Under the pieces are notes generated by a model, which was not told the origin of the DNA, did no database searches, and saw only the letters and a list, made by a program, of their open reading frames with translations. A stretch of DNA of 64,000 nt from a virus: UHGV virus genome UHGV-0248979, one strand, 5' to 3'. The translations under genes and the position numbers were made by a program. Positions 1-9,319 of the stretch are shown here, in pieces (within the stretch, counting starts at the first letter, position 1; each line of letters opens with the position of its first letter).

Positions 1-165
1 ATAGACGCGGACGGGGAAGAAAACCAACTTAAAAATGTACCAATAACTACAAAAGCAGGGTGTAACCAACTAGCCTCCTCAATAGGTGTAGAAGCTTACG
101 AGTACATTCGTCGTGTAGTGATGGCAGAGCGTAATAGAGGGGCGGAAAATGAGTCAAGAAAATAG
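1..165 (+). CDS. 3' end of an upstream ORF truncated by the window edge
   Basis: Frame 1 is open from position 1 to a TAG stop at 163-165, ending 17 nt into the next gene; no start within the window. Confidence 0.3.
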   Translation: MDADGEENQLKNVPITTKAGCNQLASSIGVEAYEYIRRVVMAERNRGAENESRK

Positions 166-1471
166 TTATCCTAAACAACTGACTTATCAAATTGTTACAA
201 ATTTATCGTGTAACTTGGACTGTGAGTATTGTTACGAACGTAAGTATCCCCGTAATAACAAAGCGGCGGATATTGTTGATTTTCTACACGCTTGTTTTGA
301 ACGAGATAAAGATCTGACAAACATCGAGGTCGTTATCGATATCATCGGTGGTGAGCCGTTTATTCAGCCTAAACTATTAAAGGCGGCATTTGAAACCGCA
401 GAAGAGTTATGCGAAAAACATAATCGGCCGTTTATGTTTAGCATCTCTACTAACGGAACGTTGTTAGATAGACCTTTGAATAGAGAAATTATTGAACGTT
501 GGAAAGACAGGCTGTCTATCGGCGTGTCTATTGATGGATTGCCCGAATCGCACGATAAGTACCGGATTTTTACAACAACTCGTGAAGGATCTTACGAGGC
601 CGCTGTGCGGGGCTATAACTACTTAAAAGAAGTCGGTATTGCAGAACTTGGTGTAAAAGCGACCTTTACGTTGGAAACGTTACCGTTCTATGCTGCTGGA
701 ATGAAATCATTAATTGATATTACTGGCGGCGGAACTATTTCTGGCAACGTAACCTTCGAAGACATTATGCCACGGAGCATGGCTACTTCAATCGCATTGC
801 AGATGATGGACGTGGTAGATTATTGGGTTGAGAAGGGCTTACACACCAACCCACGTAACACTTTGTCGCACATCATTCCAGACGGGTTAGATTTTGATAC
901 TATCTGGGAACCAAACTGGCGTGATCAGTTATTGTATAACGATACTGTACGTTTGAATCCAGAACGTTTACGCCCGTTCTGCGGTACGTTAACACACATG
1001 ACCTGCTTAGGATTTGATCGTAAGATCTTCGGTTGTAACCGTTTCATGTCAACCGTAACATCACGTTCTGCCGTATTTGAATTAGTTGGGCGGGAATTCG
1101 TTAGCTTAGATGACGGGAAATTGCTGGAAGAGATTCAGACGCAATACACCAACTATCCTGAAACCTGTTTAGGTTGTCCAATGAAGCACGCTTGTGGTAG
1201 TTGTGCGGCTGCATCTTACGAGAATGGAGAAGGGACGCTAGAAGATCGCAAAGCTTATCACGCTGAACGCCGTCAATGCGGCTGGACAACTGCAAAGTTG
1301 ATGGTTGCGGAATATTGGAAACAGAAAATGGGCACGACGTCAGTGAAAGATTTTCATGACAATAGCATGTGTTATTGCCCTCGTTGCGTACGTGAACGTA
1401 CCCAGAAAGAAAAACAATTGAGAGAAACCAAAGATGAAGCCAATTCTGATCCACAATATTACGAAGCGTAA
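149..1471 (+). CDS. radical SAM enzyme with C-terminal SPASM/twitch-like cysteine cluster
   Basis: CxxxCxxC motif (CNLDCEYC) near the N-terminus; Cys-rich C-terminal segment (CLGCPMKHACGSCAA...CGW...CYCPRC); 440 aa. Confidence 0.8.
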   Translation: MSQENSYPKQLTYQIVTNLSCNLDCEYCYERKYPRNNKAADIVDFLHACFERDKDLTNIEVVIDIIGGEPFIQPKLLKAAFETAEELCEKHNRPFMFSISTNGTLLDRPLNREIIERWKDRLSIGVSIDGLPESHDKYRIFTTTREGSYEAAVRGYNYLKEVGIAELGVKATFTLETLPFYAAGMKSLIDITGGGTISGNVTFEDIMPRSMATSIALQMMDVVDYWVEKGLHTNPRNTLSHIIPDGLDFDTIWEPNWRDQLLYNDTVRLNPERLRPFCGTLTHMTCLGFDRKIFGCNRFMSTVTSRSAVFELVGREFVSLDDGKLLEEIQTQYTNYPETCLGCPMKHACGSCAAASYENGEGTLEDRKAYHAERRQCGWTTAKLMVAEYWKQKMGTTSVKDFHDNSMCYCPRCVRERTQKEKQLRETKDEANSDPQYYEA

Positions 1472-2006
1472 ATTCCGTTTTCTGGAAAAATTTTTAGAAA
1501 CTACAAAATTGTTTGGTTGTTATGTGCAAATTAATGGTGAAGACTTCACTGACGATGTTAAACGATTATTAATTCGCCACGGAGTAACTGTAGTTATCCC
1601 AATGTATTGCACAGAACTCACCGATCTTTCAGTTACAGAAATTGAGAAACGGAATCCTGGGTTTGAACAACGTGTACTAGATTTTCCACGACATAAAATC
1701 GTGCTATTACGCAGGGCCTTGCAAGAACCAAGCGTCGAATCTATAACAGCATTAGGATTATCCTTTCCGGGCATCACGATTTACGCAATGCGGAATCCAG
1801 ATTCTACTATCGATGGATTTTACGAGGAACGTGAAGCGTTCCATGATTTAATTTATCCTGAACTTACCGATGAAGAACGACAAGGATTACACATCGATTG
1901 GGATTCTGGTTTTGATAACAAATTTCGCCAAATCGATTTTGAATTGTTAATTGAGCTAGGTTTAGTTAAAGGAGAAGATGAATGTCTGTTATTGACGAAG
2001 GCTTAA
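1434..2006 (+). CDS. hypothetical protein, co-oriented with the radical SAM gene
   Basis: 190-aa ORF overlapping the upstream gene end by about 38 nt; no recognisable motif. Confidence 0.5.
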   Translation: MKPILIHNITKRKFRFLEKFLETTKLFGCYVQINGEDFTDDVKRLLIRHGVTVVIPMYCTELTDLSVTEIEKRNPGFEQRVLDFPRHKIVLLRRALQEPSVESITALGLSFPGITIYAMRNPDSTIDGFYEEREAFHDLIYPELTDEERQGLHIDWDSGFDNKFRQIDFELLIELGLVKGEDECLLLTKA

Positions 2007-2656
2007 CGAAAGAGGAAATACGTCAACGTTATTTCTCACGAGGGCTTCCAATCGATCGCCACGGTAATTACATGGAACGAATTGGCAACGAGGATCGTGG
2101 TCGTGCGGGTTTTTGTGCGCTTCTACACTACAAATTAATCGATGGGTTGGAAGATAAGGCCGCAATCGAACAGATGCGTAGTTACGATATGTCGGAGATT
2201 GAGGCTAATTTCACTCTACAGAAAGCGAAAGAATTTATCGCTGATGTTCTTGAGATTGATTTAGAAGAAATACGAAACAACGTTCGATCAACTGCACGTT
2301 ATATCTATCAAGATGTTCAGAAAATCATGATAGAGATGGAACGTCTTTATGAGGAACAGCGTTATGCGCCCATTAAGTTAAATGGGTGTTATTTCCAAGC
2401 AGACGACGCATCGCGACAGATGTTAAGTCAGTATATTCAGTCTGAAACCGCCCCGGAATATTGGTTGGATACGTCGAATGCACGAATAGAACCGTTCACG
2501 TTGGAACAATGCAAAGAACTGATGGCAGCGATTGTGAAACGTGATCAGAAATTGCATGGGCAGAAAACCGAGCAGAAAAAAGAGCTTCGGCTTTTAGCCG
2601 AGCGGCGTGATTATGATACCATCCGAGCGTACGCTTTGGAAATGGGGATAAAATAA
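1982..2656 (+). CDS. hypothetical protein, last gene of the plus-strand module
   Basis: 224-aa ORF overlapping the previous gene; followed directly by a hairpin terminator. Confidence 0.55.
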   Translation: MSVIDEGLTKEEIRQRYFSRGLPIDRHGNYMERIGNEDRGRAGFCALLHYKLIDGLEDKAAIEQMRSYDMSEIEANFTLQKAKEFIADVLEIDLEEIRNNVRSTARYIYQDVQKIMIEMERLYEEQRYAPIKLNGCYFQADDASRQMLSQYIQSETAPEYWLDTSNARIEPFTLEQCKELMAAIVKRDQKLHGQKTEQKKELRLLAERRDYDTIRAYALEMGIK

Positions 2657-2658
2657 AA

Positions 2659-2706
2659 AAGTACCTACCTCCGTAAAGGAGGTAGGTAAACTTATTATTT
2701 TTTGTT
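2659..2706 (+). terminator. rho-independent terminator
   Basis: Perfect hairpin tacctacctcc-gtaaa-ggaggtaggta followed by a T-run, preceded by an A-run (could act in both directions). Confidence 0.7.
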
Positions 2707-2725
2707 GTAGTAGTTGACTTAGCGA

Positions 2726-3256
2726 TTAAGCAGTAAAGCCGTCAAGTTCACCGTCGGTGGTGGCCAGGTCAATACGATTATCAACAACTTTCGGCGTAAT
2801 TACGAAAGTTGCCATTACACCCGGTTTATAACGGAGGTTCTTTTCAGTAACGGTACAAGTTACCGTACGCAGAGTGACGCTATCGTGTTCGTCTTTCTGG
2901 TCTTCGGTGGTGTACTCAACGTCACCAGGTGCGATAGAGTCGTCAGGTTTTACTTTATTGATGTAAAACTGTAATCGGTCGCGTAGTTCGTTTTCTCCAG
3001 TCCAGAGAGCCAAATCGTCCGTTACCTCAATGCGTCCGACAACGCCAGGTTCCAGACGATCGTAATGCAGTTCGATTGCGCCTTTAAAATTTTCAGACTC
3101 TGTACGTGCGGTCATGGTAACTTTGGTATTTTTATCGCCCTTTTCAAGAGCGACAGGTTGACCAAAAGTTACCTCTTTATCAGTGACCTGATGCGGTAGC
3201 TCTGTGTTAGCAGCATTATAAAGCGCAACTAACATCATCTGGTTAGTAGCTGCCAT
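2726..3256 (-). CDS. paralog family member P1 (putative tail-associated protein); C-terminus ELDGFTA
   Basis: 176 aa; N-terminal pattern shared with five other ORFs in the window; C-terminus shared with 3324..3890. Confidence 0.6.
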   Translation of the reverse strand: MAATNQMMLVALYNAANTELPHQVTDKEVTFGQPVALEKGDKNTKVTMTARTESENFKGAIELHYDRLEPGVVGRIEVTDDLALWTGENELRDRLQFYINKVKPDDSIAPGDVEYTTEDQKDEHDSVTLRTVTCTVTEKNLRYKPGVMATFVITPKVVDNRIDLATTDGELDGFTA

Positions 3257-3307
3257 TATCTTAAATCCTTAAAATGAAAGTTAAAGAAATATCGGGGGAG
3301 GTTACCA

Positions 3308-3316
3308 CCCCCCCCC
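3308..3316 (-). repeat. homopolymeric G9 tract (C9 on the plus strand), intergenic between P2 and P1
   Basis: Nine consecutive C read directly at 3308-3316. Confidence 0.9.
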
Positions 3317-3323
3317 GAATCAA

Positions 3324-3890
3324 TTACTCTTTAGGCGCTGGTGCGGTGAAGCCATCCAGTTCACCTTCCAAACCGCTCAGTGCTACTTTCTCAATAGCCG
3401 GAGGAGTAACTTTATACGTTGCAACAGTACCTGGCAGGAACTTCAGGTGTCCAGTCACAACAGTTACTACGTAAATGGTTTTGCCTTCTTCTTCACGGGA
3501 AATAGTTTGCAGGTCGTTTTCACCGAACTCGTCATCGGTGTACCCCTTCTCAACCATGGCTGCGTTAACTTTTGCCAGGATTTTCGTTGGTGAATCGAAA
3601 TCGGTAGTAGGTGCAGTTACTTCAACTTCACCAACGATGTCGCAGGAAAGACGAGTATAGTGGAATTCTTTCTCGCCTTTGAAGTTCTGGCTTTCTGCCT
3701 TGGCGGTCAGAGTAATTTTAGTGTTGCGGCCAGCTTCTCCGGTGAAGTCAGCGACAGCACTAAAGTCAACATCAGCTACGGTGAGAGCGGAGCTCAGAGA
3801 GCTGTTTTTAGTGTTAATAAGTTCGATAAGCTGCTGTTGAAAAGTTTTAGCCATTGTTTTTACCTCGTAAGTAGTATGGGTGGTTTGCAT
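3324..3890 (-). CDS. paralog family member P2 (putative tail-associated protein)
   Basis: 188 aa; tandem paralog of P1, same ELDGFTA C-terminal motif plus a PAPKE extension. Confidence 0.6.
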   Translation of the reverse strand: MQTTHTTYEVKTMAKTFQQQLIELINTKNSSLSSALTVADVDFSAVADFTGEAGRNTKITLTAKAESQNFKGEKEFHYTRLSCDIVGEVEVTAPTTDFDSPTKILAKVNAAMVEKGYTDDEFGENDLQTISREEEGKTIYVVTVVTGHLKFLPGTVATYKVTPPAIEKVALSGLEGELDGFTAPAPKE

Positions 3891-3985
3891 AGTATTGTTC
3901 GGATTATAGAAGTGGTGTTAATAGTTATGACAGGCGGCAGAAGGGTTGCTTGTAAAATTAATTAACTTTAACTTTTTTATAAAAG

Positions 3986-4477
3986 GTGAAAAGTATGATA
4001 AAACGTTTTCTTATTGTTATGGTTGGTGTTTTTTCATTGGCAGGATGTGCCTTACAACCGAATGGTGACGGCCAATTCTCGACTGTGCCGGTGGAGCCAC
4101 ATGATATGGTTATTTACACCTGTATGGGTGCAGAGCAAGATTTTGCAAATTACAAACCTGTCGTCAGCTCGACTAATATAATGTTAGGGTCAGTAACTGT
4201 ACTCGATACTGGTGCTAACTGGGTAGCCACTTGGCCAAACGGCAAGATTGAGTCGCCGCAACTTTATAAAGATTTATTAGGTAAAGTTAATGGGAATATT
4301 GATCCTATCACAGGACAACGTTACTATCGTGTAAATGGCTTACTTTCAAAAACGCCAACGTTTGCGTATTCTACTTTAGAATATAAAACGGGTGATGGTA
4401 AAGGCATTACTTTCTTCCACTGTAAAGAAGGTGTAGCGTCTGACACTGGAACAATGCTCCATCCTGCGGAACAATAA
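3986..4477 (+). CDS. putative lipoprotein (candidate superinfection-exclusion or moron gene)
   Basis: Signal peptide with lipobox (FSLAG-C); likely true start is the ATG near 3995 with an AAAGGTG RBS; isolated plus-strand gene with its own terminator. Confidence 0.6.
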   Translation: MKSMIKRFLIVMVGVFSLAGCALQPNGDGQFSTVPVEPHDMVIYTCMGAEQDFANYKPVVSSTNIMLGSVTVLDTGANWVATWPNGKIESPQLYKDLLGKVNGNIDPITGQRYYRVNGLLSKTPTFAYSTLEYKTGDGKGITFFHCKEGVASDTGTMLHPAEQ

Positions 4478-4520
4478 AAACTACCCTACTCCTTATCGGG
4501 AGTAGGGTATATTCATTTTA
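4478..4520 (+). terminator. rho-independent terminator between convergent genes
   Basis: Hairpin ctaccctactcc-ttatcg-ggagtagggta followed by a T-rich stretch. Confidence 0.6.
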
Positions 4521-4592
4521 ACCGCCAAATCGTGCGTAAAACGCATTCTGAGCGTCTTTATACAAAATAAGGTATAAACACCTTAGAAATAG

Positions 4593-5108
4593 TTAAATCT
4601 CGACTAAGGCGCTCCAATCGATTGGTTTTTGCTTAACAACTTTCACAGTACCACGATTTGGTGACCAGAAAGTAATGTTAGGCTGGTTACGAACGTCAAT
4701 GTGCAACCAACTGATGTCACATTCAATAAAGTGAATGAACGGAAACTCGTCAGGGTTAGCAGCGATATAGTCGTGAACCTGTTTTACGGTGCTATCCAAC
4801 AACGTTGCATCAATGGCGTTACCGAATTTGTGTTGACTTCCTGAATCGGCGTAAAGCTGCAACGCACGTTGTTTATAACTACCACCCTTAGGCTTTTCTT
4901 GATTAATAAAGAAATCTAAGGTTCTTAGTCCGCGCTGTTGTGCGGCAGTTGAGTTAATCACCATTCTGCCGAAACGATTACGAATCTGTTGTAGGGAGAT
5001 CATTAACAACGGATTCATAAACCGAATTGCGGAATCGCCGTATTTGGCAATATAGGACTGTGGTACTAACTCTCTGAGTTTAAAGTTACTCGGATTTGGA
5101 TGAAACAT
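4593..5108 (-). CDS. peptidase M15-like cell-wall hydrolase (DUF882/Peptidase_M15_3-like)
   Basis: Motif SQHKFGNAIDA (SxHxxGxAxD) and a later His, typical of zinc D,D-carboxypeptidase-like M15 domains. Confidence 0.6.
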   Translation of the reverse strand: MFHPNPSNFKLRELVPQSYIAKYGDSAIRFMNPLLMISLQQIRNRFGRMVINSTAAQQRGLRTLDFFINQEKPKGGSYKQRALQLYADSGSQHKFGNAIDATLLDSTVKQVHDYIAANPDEFPFIHFIECDISWLHIDVRNQPNITFWSPNRGTVKVVKQKPIDWSALVEI

Positions 5109-5760
5109 CTTCCCTCCCAGACAGAAAAGCCCGTTTGATGTTCAGGTATTTGACATTAACGGGACAATCTGTGGTGATATCAATACGTTCGTGGTCAGGG
5201 ATTGCAGGTTCCTTAAACTCGCGAACGAATAAATAGTTTCGATTGTAATCTAACGTACGAAACGCGTTAGTGCTGTAGGATGGCTTTGCATTAGGATCTA
5301 CGTAGGCATCCCAGCCGAATTCAACAACGGCCTTATAAAATGTTTGGCAGATATAAGGCGAGATTTCCAACGACTGCATAATACGCAGGAAAGTTAAGTC
5401 AGAGAACTCTTTATCGATGAAACGCGAAACGTTACCACCCGGTGTCATGGGATAGCTACGCTCCGTGTTGCATTTTTGATAGAGTAAGTCGTGAATACAG
5501 GCCGCAGGTGCCCACGGTCCGTCAGGATGGAAAATTCCCTGGAGGTGATCAGGAATTGACGCTAAATCGGTAACGAACCCTTTCGGTGCTGTTAACCACA
5601 GTTGCGTGTCAGGCAATACACCCGTTAAATAAACCGCACGGTCTAAGTGTACGTGGTCGTGATAAATCTCGCGTAACGTAAACGGATAATGGTAATCCTC
5701 CGTTAATACAAACCACTTATTGTCTAAACGTTTATATTGAAGCTTCTCCATTACCCACAC
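5086..5760 (-). CDS. DUF1353-like phage protein
   Basis: Motif TDLASIP...HD..Y resembling the DUF1353 signature; 224 aa. Confidence 0.5.
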   Translation of the reverse strand: MWVMEKLQYKRLDNKWFVLTEDYHYPFTLREIYHDHVHLDRAVYLTGVLPDTQLWLTAPKGFVTDLASIPDHLQGIFHPDGPWAPAACIHDLLYQKCNTERSYPMTPGGNVSRFIDKEFSDLTFLRIMQSLEISPYICQTFYKAVVEFGWDAYVDPNAKPSYSTNAFRTLDYNRNYLFVREFKEPAIPDHERIDITTDCPVNVKYLNIKRAFLSGREDVSSKSE

Positions 5761-5867
5761 CTTCCCTTATAGAAACCAGAAAAATTCGTACCCACGCTTT
5801 TCGTCTTTACGTTTCCGTCCAGACGTTAACGCTTTCCACAATAGTGCTAAGAGTTTAGCAAACCAAT

Positions 5868-6458
5868 TCATTTTACTAACCCCGCCTTCACTACATAATC
5901 CGGCATTTCCCTGTACACGCGTCCGTACCAGCCGTAAGCGAATTTTTCATTCTTCTTACGCTTTTCGGAGATTTCCGTGTAGTAGGTTACCTGATGTGAG
6001 ATTAACGCAAAGATTAAGATGCCTAATCCCTCGCCTTTACGGTAATTCAGATAAGCATTCAGAGCACCTAGTGTTTTAGGTCCCATACCACCATCGGTGT
6101 CAATATCTGCGTAAAGTTTCCCTTCGTTATTTAAAACGTTGAGAATACGTTGTAACGATTTCACACAGTTAACACGGCCAGAGTTAATACCAAAATCAAA
6201 CATCCTGTCGGCGAGTATCGGCGAGATAGCGAAAATCTCATCGAGTTTAAGTTTCTTCCACCAACCACGATCGTAAATATCAAACGCTTGCGCACGGGTC
6301 AGATCTTTCATTCTTCCTTTGTACCCGTATTCGCGTGCAGTTGTCAGTGTTACCCCGTGACAGGTTTCCCCACCTTTATCGTCAGGGTCATTGACGTACC
6401 CACCCTCTAAATCTGTTTTTGATTCAATAATACCTTCTTTAGTCCAACGTTCGGCCAT
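5868..6458 (-). CDS. endolysin, glycoside hydrolase family 108-like with peptidoglycan-binding domain
   Basis: N-terminal EGGYVNDPDDKGGETCHGVT signature typical of GH108 lysozymes; C-terminal region consistent with a PG-binding module. Confidence 0.75.
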   Translation of the reverse strand: MAERWTKEGIIESKTDLEGGYVNDPDDKGGETCHGVTLTTAREYGYKGRMKDLTRAQAFDIYDRGWWKKLKLDEIFAISPILADRMFDFGINSGRVNCVKSLQRILNVLNNEGKLYADIDTDGGMGPKTLGALNAYLNYRKGEGLGILIFALISHQVTYYTEISEKRKKNEKFAYGWYGRVYREMPDYVVKAGLVK

Positions 6459-6491
6459 TTTCTTTAACTCCTCTTTTTACACAAAAAAAGA

Positions 6492-6520
6492 AAAGAGGGT
6501 GGGATTACCCCACCCTGTAG
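6492..6520 (-). terminator. rho-independent terminator
   Basis: Hairpin agggtggg-attacc-ccaccct with a T-run on the minus strand. Confidence 0.6.
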
Positions 6521-6997
6521 TTATTTCTTCTTAGCGCGCGATGGCTTAGCTGGCGGTGTCTCGACAGACGGTTTACGCGCAACACGCACTGTAAAACCAC
6601 CGACCCAGGTTAGACACTCGGGGCGGAAGAAAATACCGTGCTCGATTGCACTGCCGTCTAGCGGCAACGCACCAACCTGCTCTACCCACACATCGTCTTC
6701 GGTAAGGGTTAAGCCATACTGCTCGTTAATTACAGGCAGCAAGTCCGCAGTCGTGGTTGCTGTCTCAACTAACAGTTTCGGCAATACGTTGTGGAAATAC
6801 AAACCTGCATCAATGCGGTTATACTGGAACGTTTGCTTATTAACATAACCGAGATTTTTAACCGGCACAACCGTAATTTCGGTGTTGTACGTACCGGTAC
6901 TTACGACGGGCTCACCCAATGTGACTTTGGCGGTGTCGAGCTCGGCGTCTGGGTTAGCCTTTTTAATAAGGTCGAAGATAGTTTCTTGACTGGTCAT
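6521..6997 (-). CDS. paralog family member P3 (putative tail-associated protein)
   Basis: 158 aa; shares the N-terminal pattern of the family. Confidence 0.55.
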   Translation of the reverse strand: MTSQETIFDLIKKANPDAELDTAKVTLGEPVVSTGTYNTEITVVPVKNLGYVNKQTFQYNRIDAGLYFHNVLPKLLVETATTTADLLPVINEQYGLTLTEDDVWVEQVGALPLDGSAIEHGIFFRPECLTWVGGFTVRVARKPSVETPPAKPSRAKKK

Positions 6998-7010
6998 TAC
7001 TGTAATCCTC

Positions 7011-7859
7011 TTAATCTAAGAATCCCGGTAAGACCGAATTAGTCTTGGCTAATTCAATCTTCGACTTCGGACGATCGGTTCCGTTAAAGTGAATTAACAG
7101 TTTACCGGTCAGGTTAGAACACATACCGCTTAGGGCGAGTACCAGCACACGCGTGTACTTCGCATTTGCGCCTTCGAAACCTGCGGTAGGGCCATCGTAG
7201 ATAACCTTAGCACCGAACAAGTTATTAGCAGCGTTCTTAGGTACGCTTACCCATTTCTCATCAACAACGTTAGTCAGTTTAGTAGCTAACTCTACTAAGT
7301 CTACGGTGCCGTTGATGGTAATTGGATCAAGGTAATCTTTTTCTGCGGTGAAGTCAATTGGGTAAGAATAAACCGCAGCGTTACCTTTCTTAGTGGACGG
7401 ATACTCTACCAGGTTTTCTAATTGAGTAACAGGTAGCAATTTAGCCAGATCAATAGGATCGCGTAGCGTAAGCGTCACTTCGCCACACCACTCGTAAGAT
7501 TTCTCGTTAGCGGTAAGTTGGTGGGTTTTACCTTCAACTTTCGCATCAACGATATCCGATGGCAGAATATTTAAATCGTATTTTGCGTTGATTGCGTTAA
7601 GCAAATCTGAGGCGGTTACAACACCGTCGTTACCGAATACCAACTCACCTGTTAGGTATTCGGGCAAATTACGACGATGGTAAGTCACCGTTAAAGTAGT
7701 AGACTCATCGCCTTTGAGTTTAGAAGTCAGAACCACCTGGGTATCAACCCCAGTACCAGTAGGTTCGCCGATATCAACATCACTGAAGGTCAATGGCGGA
7801 ACAATATTGTTTTCAGTGTTGATGAGTTTTAGCAGTTTCTGTTTTGACGTAAGAGACAT
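7011..7859 (-). CDS. paralog family member P4 (putative tail-associated protein)
   Basis: 282 aa; N-terminus LLKLINTENN...FSDVDIGEP matches the family pattern. Confidence 0.6.
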   Translation of the reverse strand: MSLTSKQKLLKLINTENNIVPPLTFSDVDIGEPTGTGVDTQVVLTSKLKGDESTTLTVTYHRRNLPEYLTGELVFGNDGVVTASDLLNAINAKYDLNILPSDIVDAKVEGKTHQLTANEKSYEWCGEVTLTLRDPIDLAKLLPVTQLENLVEYPSTKKGNAAVYSYPIDFTAEKDYLDPITINGTVDLVELATKLTNVVDEKWVSVPKNAANNLFGAKVIYDGPTAGFEGANAKYTRVLVLALSGMCSNLTGKLLIHFNGTDRPKSKIELAKTNSVLPGFLD

Positions 7860-7989
7860 CGCGTTAACTCACAATAAGTAAAAAAGGTTTAAGAGGTCGT
7901 TTTACATCCCTCAGCCAGCATAGGAATAGTCGAGTAGAAGGTAAGTAAAGCAGCGTCAAAATAACAAAAAAAGAAAAGGGAAAGAAAAT

Positions 7990-8022
7990 TAATTCCGCTA
8001 TAGACCGAAGCCTATAGCGGAG
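7990..8022 (-). terminator. rho-independent terminator
   Basis: Hairpin ccgctatag-accgaagc-ctatagcgg flanked by an A/T run. Confidence 0.55.
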
Positions 8023-8027
8023 TAAGG

Positions 8028-8459
8028 TTAGCGAACGTTGTGTGCTAAGTACATCAGCGTACGAGTGTCGATGTCACGAGAAGTTTGTGACATCTGACTC
8101 AGTAACTTGTTGGCAGTAGGGTCATTGTAAACACGACTTAACCATTCGTCAACCATTTCTGGTACAGTGTCGACAAGAAGCGGATAGTTAAGATTTTCCA
8201 GTGTGTATTCAACGAATTCGTGCATCAGATTCTGGTCACGATGCATAGTGTCACCTAACTCACCTACAGGGTACTCTTCGCGAGGACGTTTACCCCAGCT
8301 ACAGATGTGCATGTAGTTAGTATTCACAATTTCCTGATATTCTTCTAACTTAACTAAATCGAAGTCAGTATTTGGACGACAGAAACCTGCTAGAACGCCC
8401 AAAGCAATCGGATTGTTACGAATGTAGTTACGGATTTCATCATTTAATACGAAAAACAT
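8028..8459 (-). CDS. hypothetical protein, paralog of 9320..9748
   Basis: 143 aa; shared N-terminal pattern LN-E-R-YIR--P----VLA; RBS CCTAAAGGAG. Confidence 0.6.
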   Translation of the reverse strand: MFFVLNDEIRNYIRNNPIALGVLAGFCRPNTDFDLVKLEEYQEIVNTNYMHICSWGKRPREEYPVGELGDTMHRDQNLMHEFVEYTLENLNYPLLVDTVPEMVDEWLSRVYNDPTANKLLSQMSQTSRDIDTRTLMYLAHNVR

Positions 8460-8535
8460 TTTAATACTCCTTTAGGTAAATACAATAATAGAGGGGTGGT
8501 AATCCACCCCTTGGTTGAATTTAGAATGTCGTTAA

Positions 8536-9297
8536 TTAACGACGTTTTTGACAATTAGGACAATCGCAATCTTTGTTGTAAATATTAAAAAGCTTTTCGA
8601 GAACCAAGGCACGTGCTTTTTCGATATAAGAATCCGTTGAAACAATTCGCAAAAAGTTCGTTAATGATTTGAAAACCTCAACATCGTTGTCGATCAAAAC
8701 GGTGAGTGTTTCACCTTTGTAAACGGATTGACGAATTTTCTCCTTGTGTTCGTGCACAGCCACACGCATGAGTTCATCAGCGGTATCTTTTCCGATACCG
8801 TGAATCGAAATAAGTCGAACGGCATCGTTATCGATCAGCTCAGCGATAGAACTAATTTCTTCCATGAGATTACGATCGTCTTTCTTCAATCGAACGACGA
8901 TCTTATCGTTATCCGAATAAATGCCTAAATCGTCGGGATAGAGGGTCTCTAACGCTTCTTTAATTTCCTTAATCTTCTTACCTTCGTACCAGAGGACGTG
9001 TGGTTCGTCTTTCTGCTGTTCTTCTACTTTCGGTTGTTCAGTCTCGGTCGTTTCCACCCGAGTGTTCGTGGTACCTTCTGCTGAGTTGAGTAACTCACCG
9101 ATTTCTTTCGCAATAGTGTCGCAAAGATAATCGTTGCAGTGAGTCCAGTAGAATACGATGCTTTCATCGTTGACCTGCTCTACACGGAAATGTACACCTT
9201 TATCCAGGAATATGCGATAAAGTTGATCGAGTAACTGTGCTTCAGGAACCGGACGGATTTCAGTTTTAACGAGCGGGGTAATTTCGATATTAAACAT
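8536..9297 (-). CDS. hypothetical protein with helix-hairpin-helix-like motif
   Basis: 253 aa; segment RLISIHGIGKDTADELM resembles an HhH DNA-binding motif; C-terminal CDCPNC. Confidence 0.5.
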   Translation of the reverse strand: MFNIEITPLVKTEIRPVPEAQLLDQLYRIFLDKGVHFRVEQVNDESIVFYWTHCNDYLCDTIAKEIGELLNSAEGTTNTRVETTETEQPKVEEQQKDEPHVLWYEGKKIKEIKEALETLYPDDLGIYSDNDKIVVRLKKDDRNLMEEISSIAELIDNDAVRLISIHGIGKDTADELMRVAVHEHKEKIRQSVYKGETLTVLIDNDVEVFKSLTNFLRIVSTDSYIEKARALVLEKLFNIYNKDCDCPNCQKRR

Positions 9298-9319
9298 GTC
9301 ATTTTTTCCTTTTGGTAAA

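Noticed and set aside
3274-3474. 66-aa plus-strand ORF spanning the G9 tract and the P2 3' end
   Set aside because: It overlaps the well-supported minus-strand paralog and translates the homopolymer as a Pro run; no RBS.
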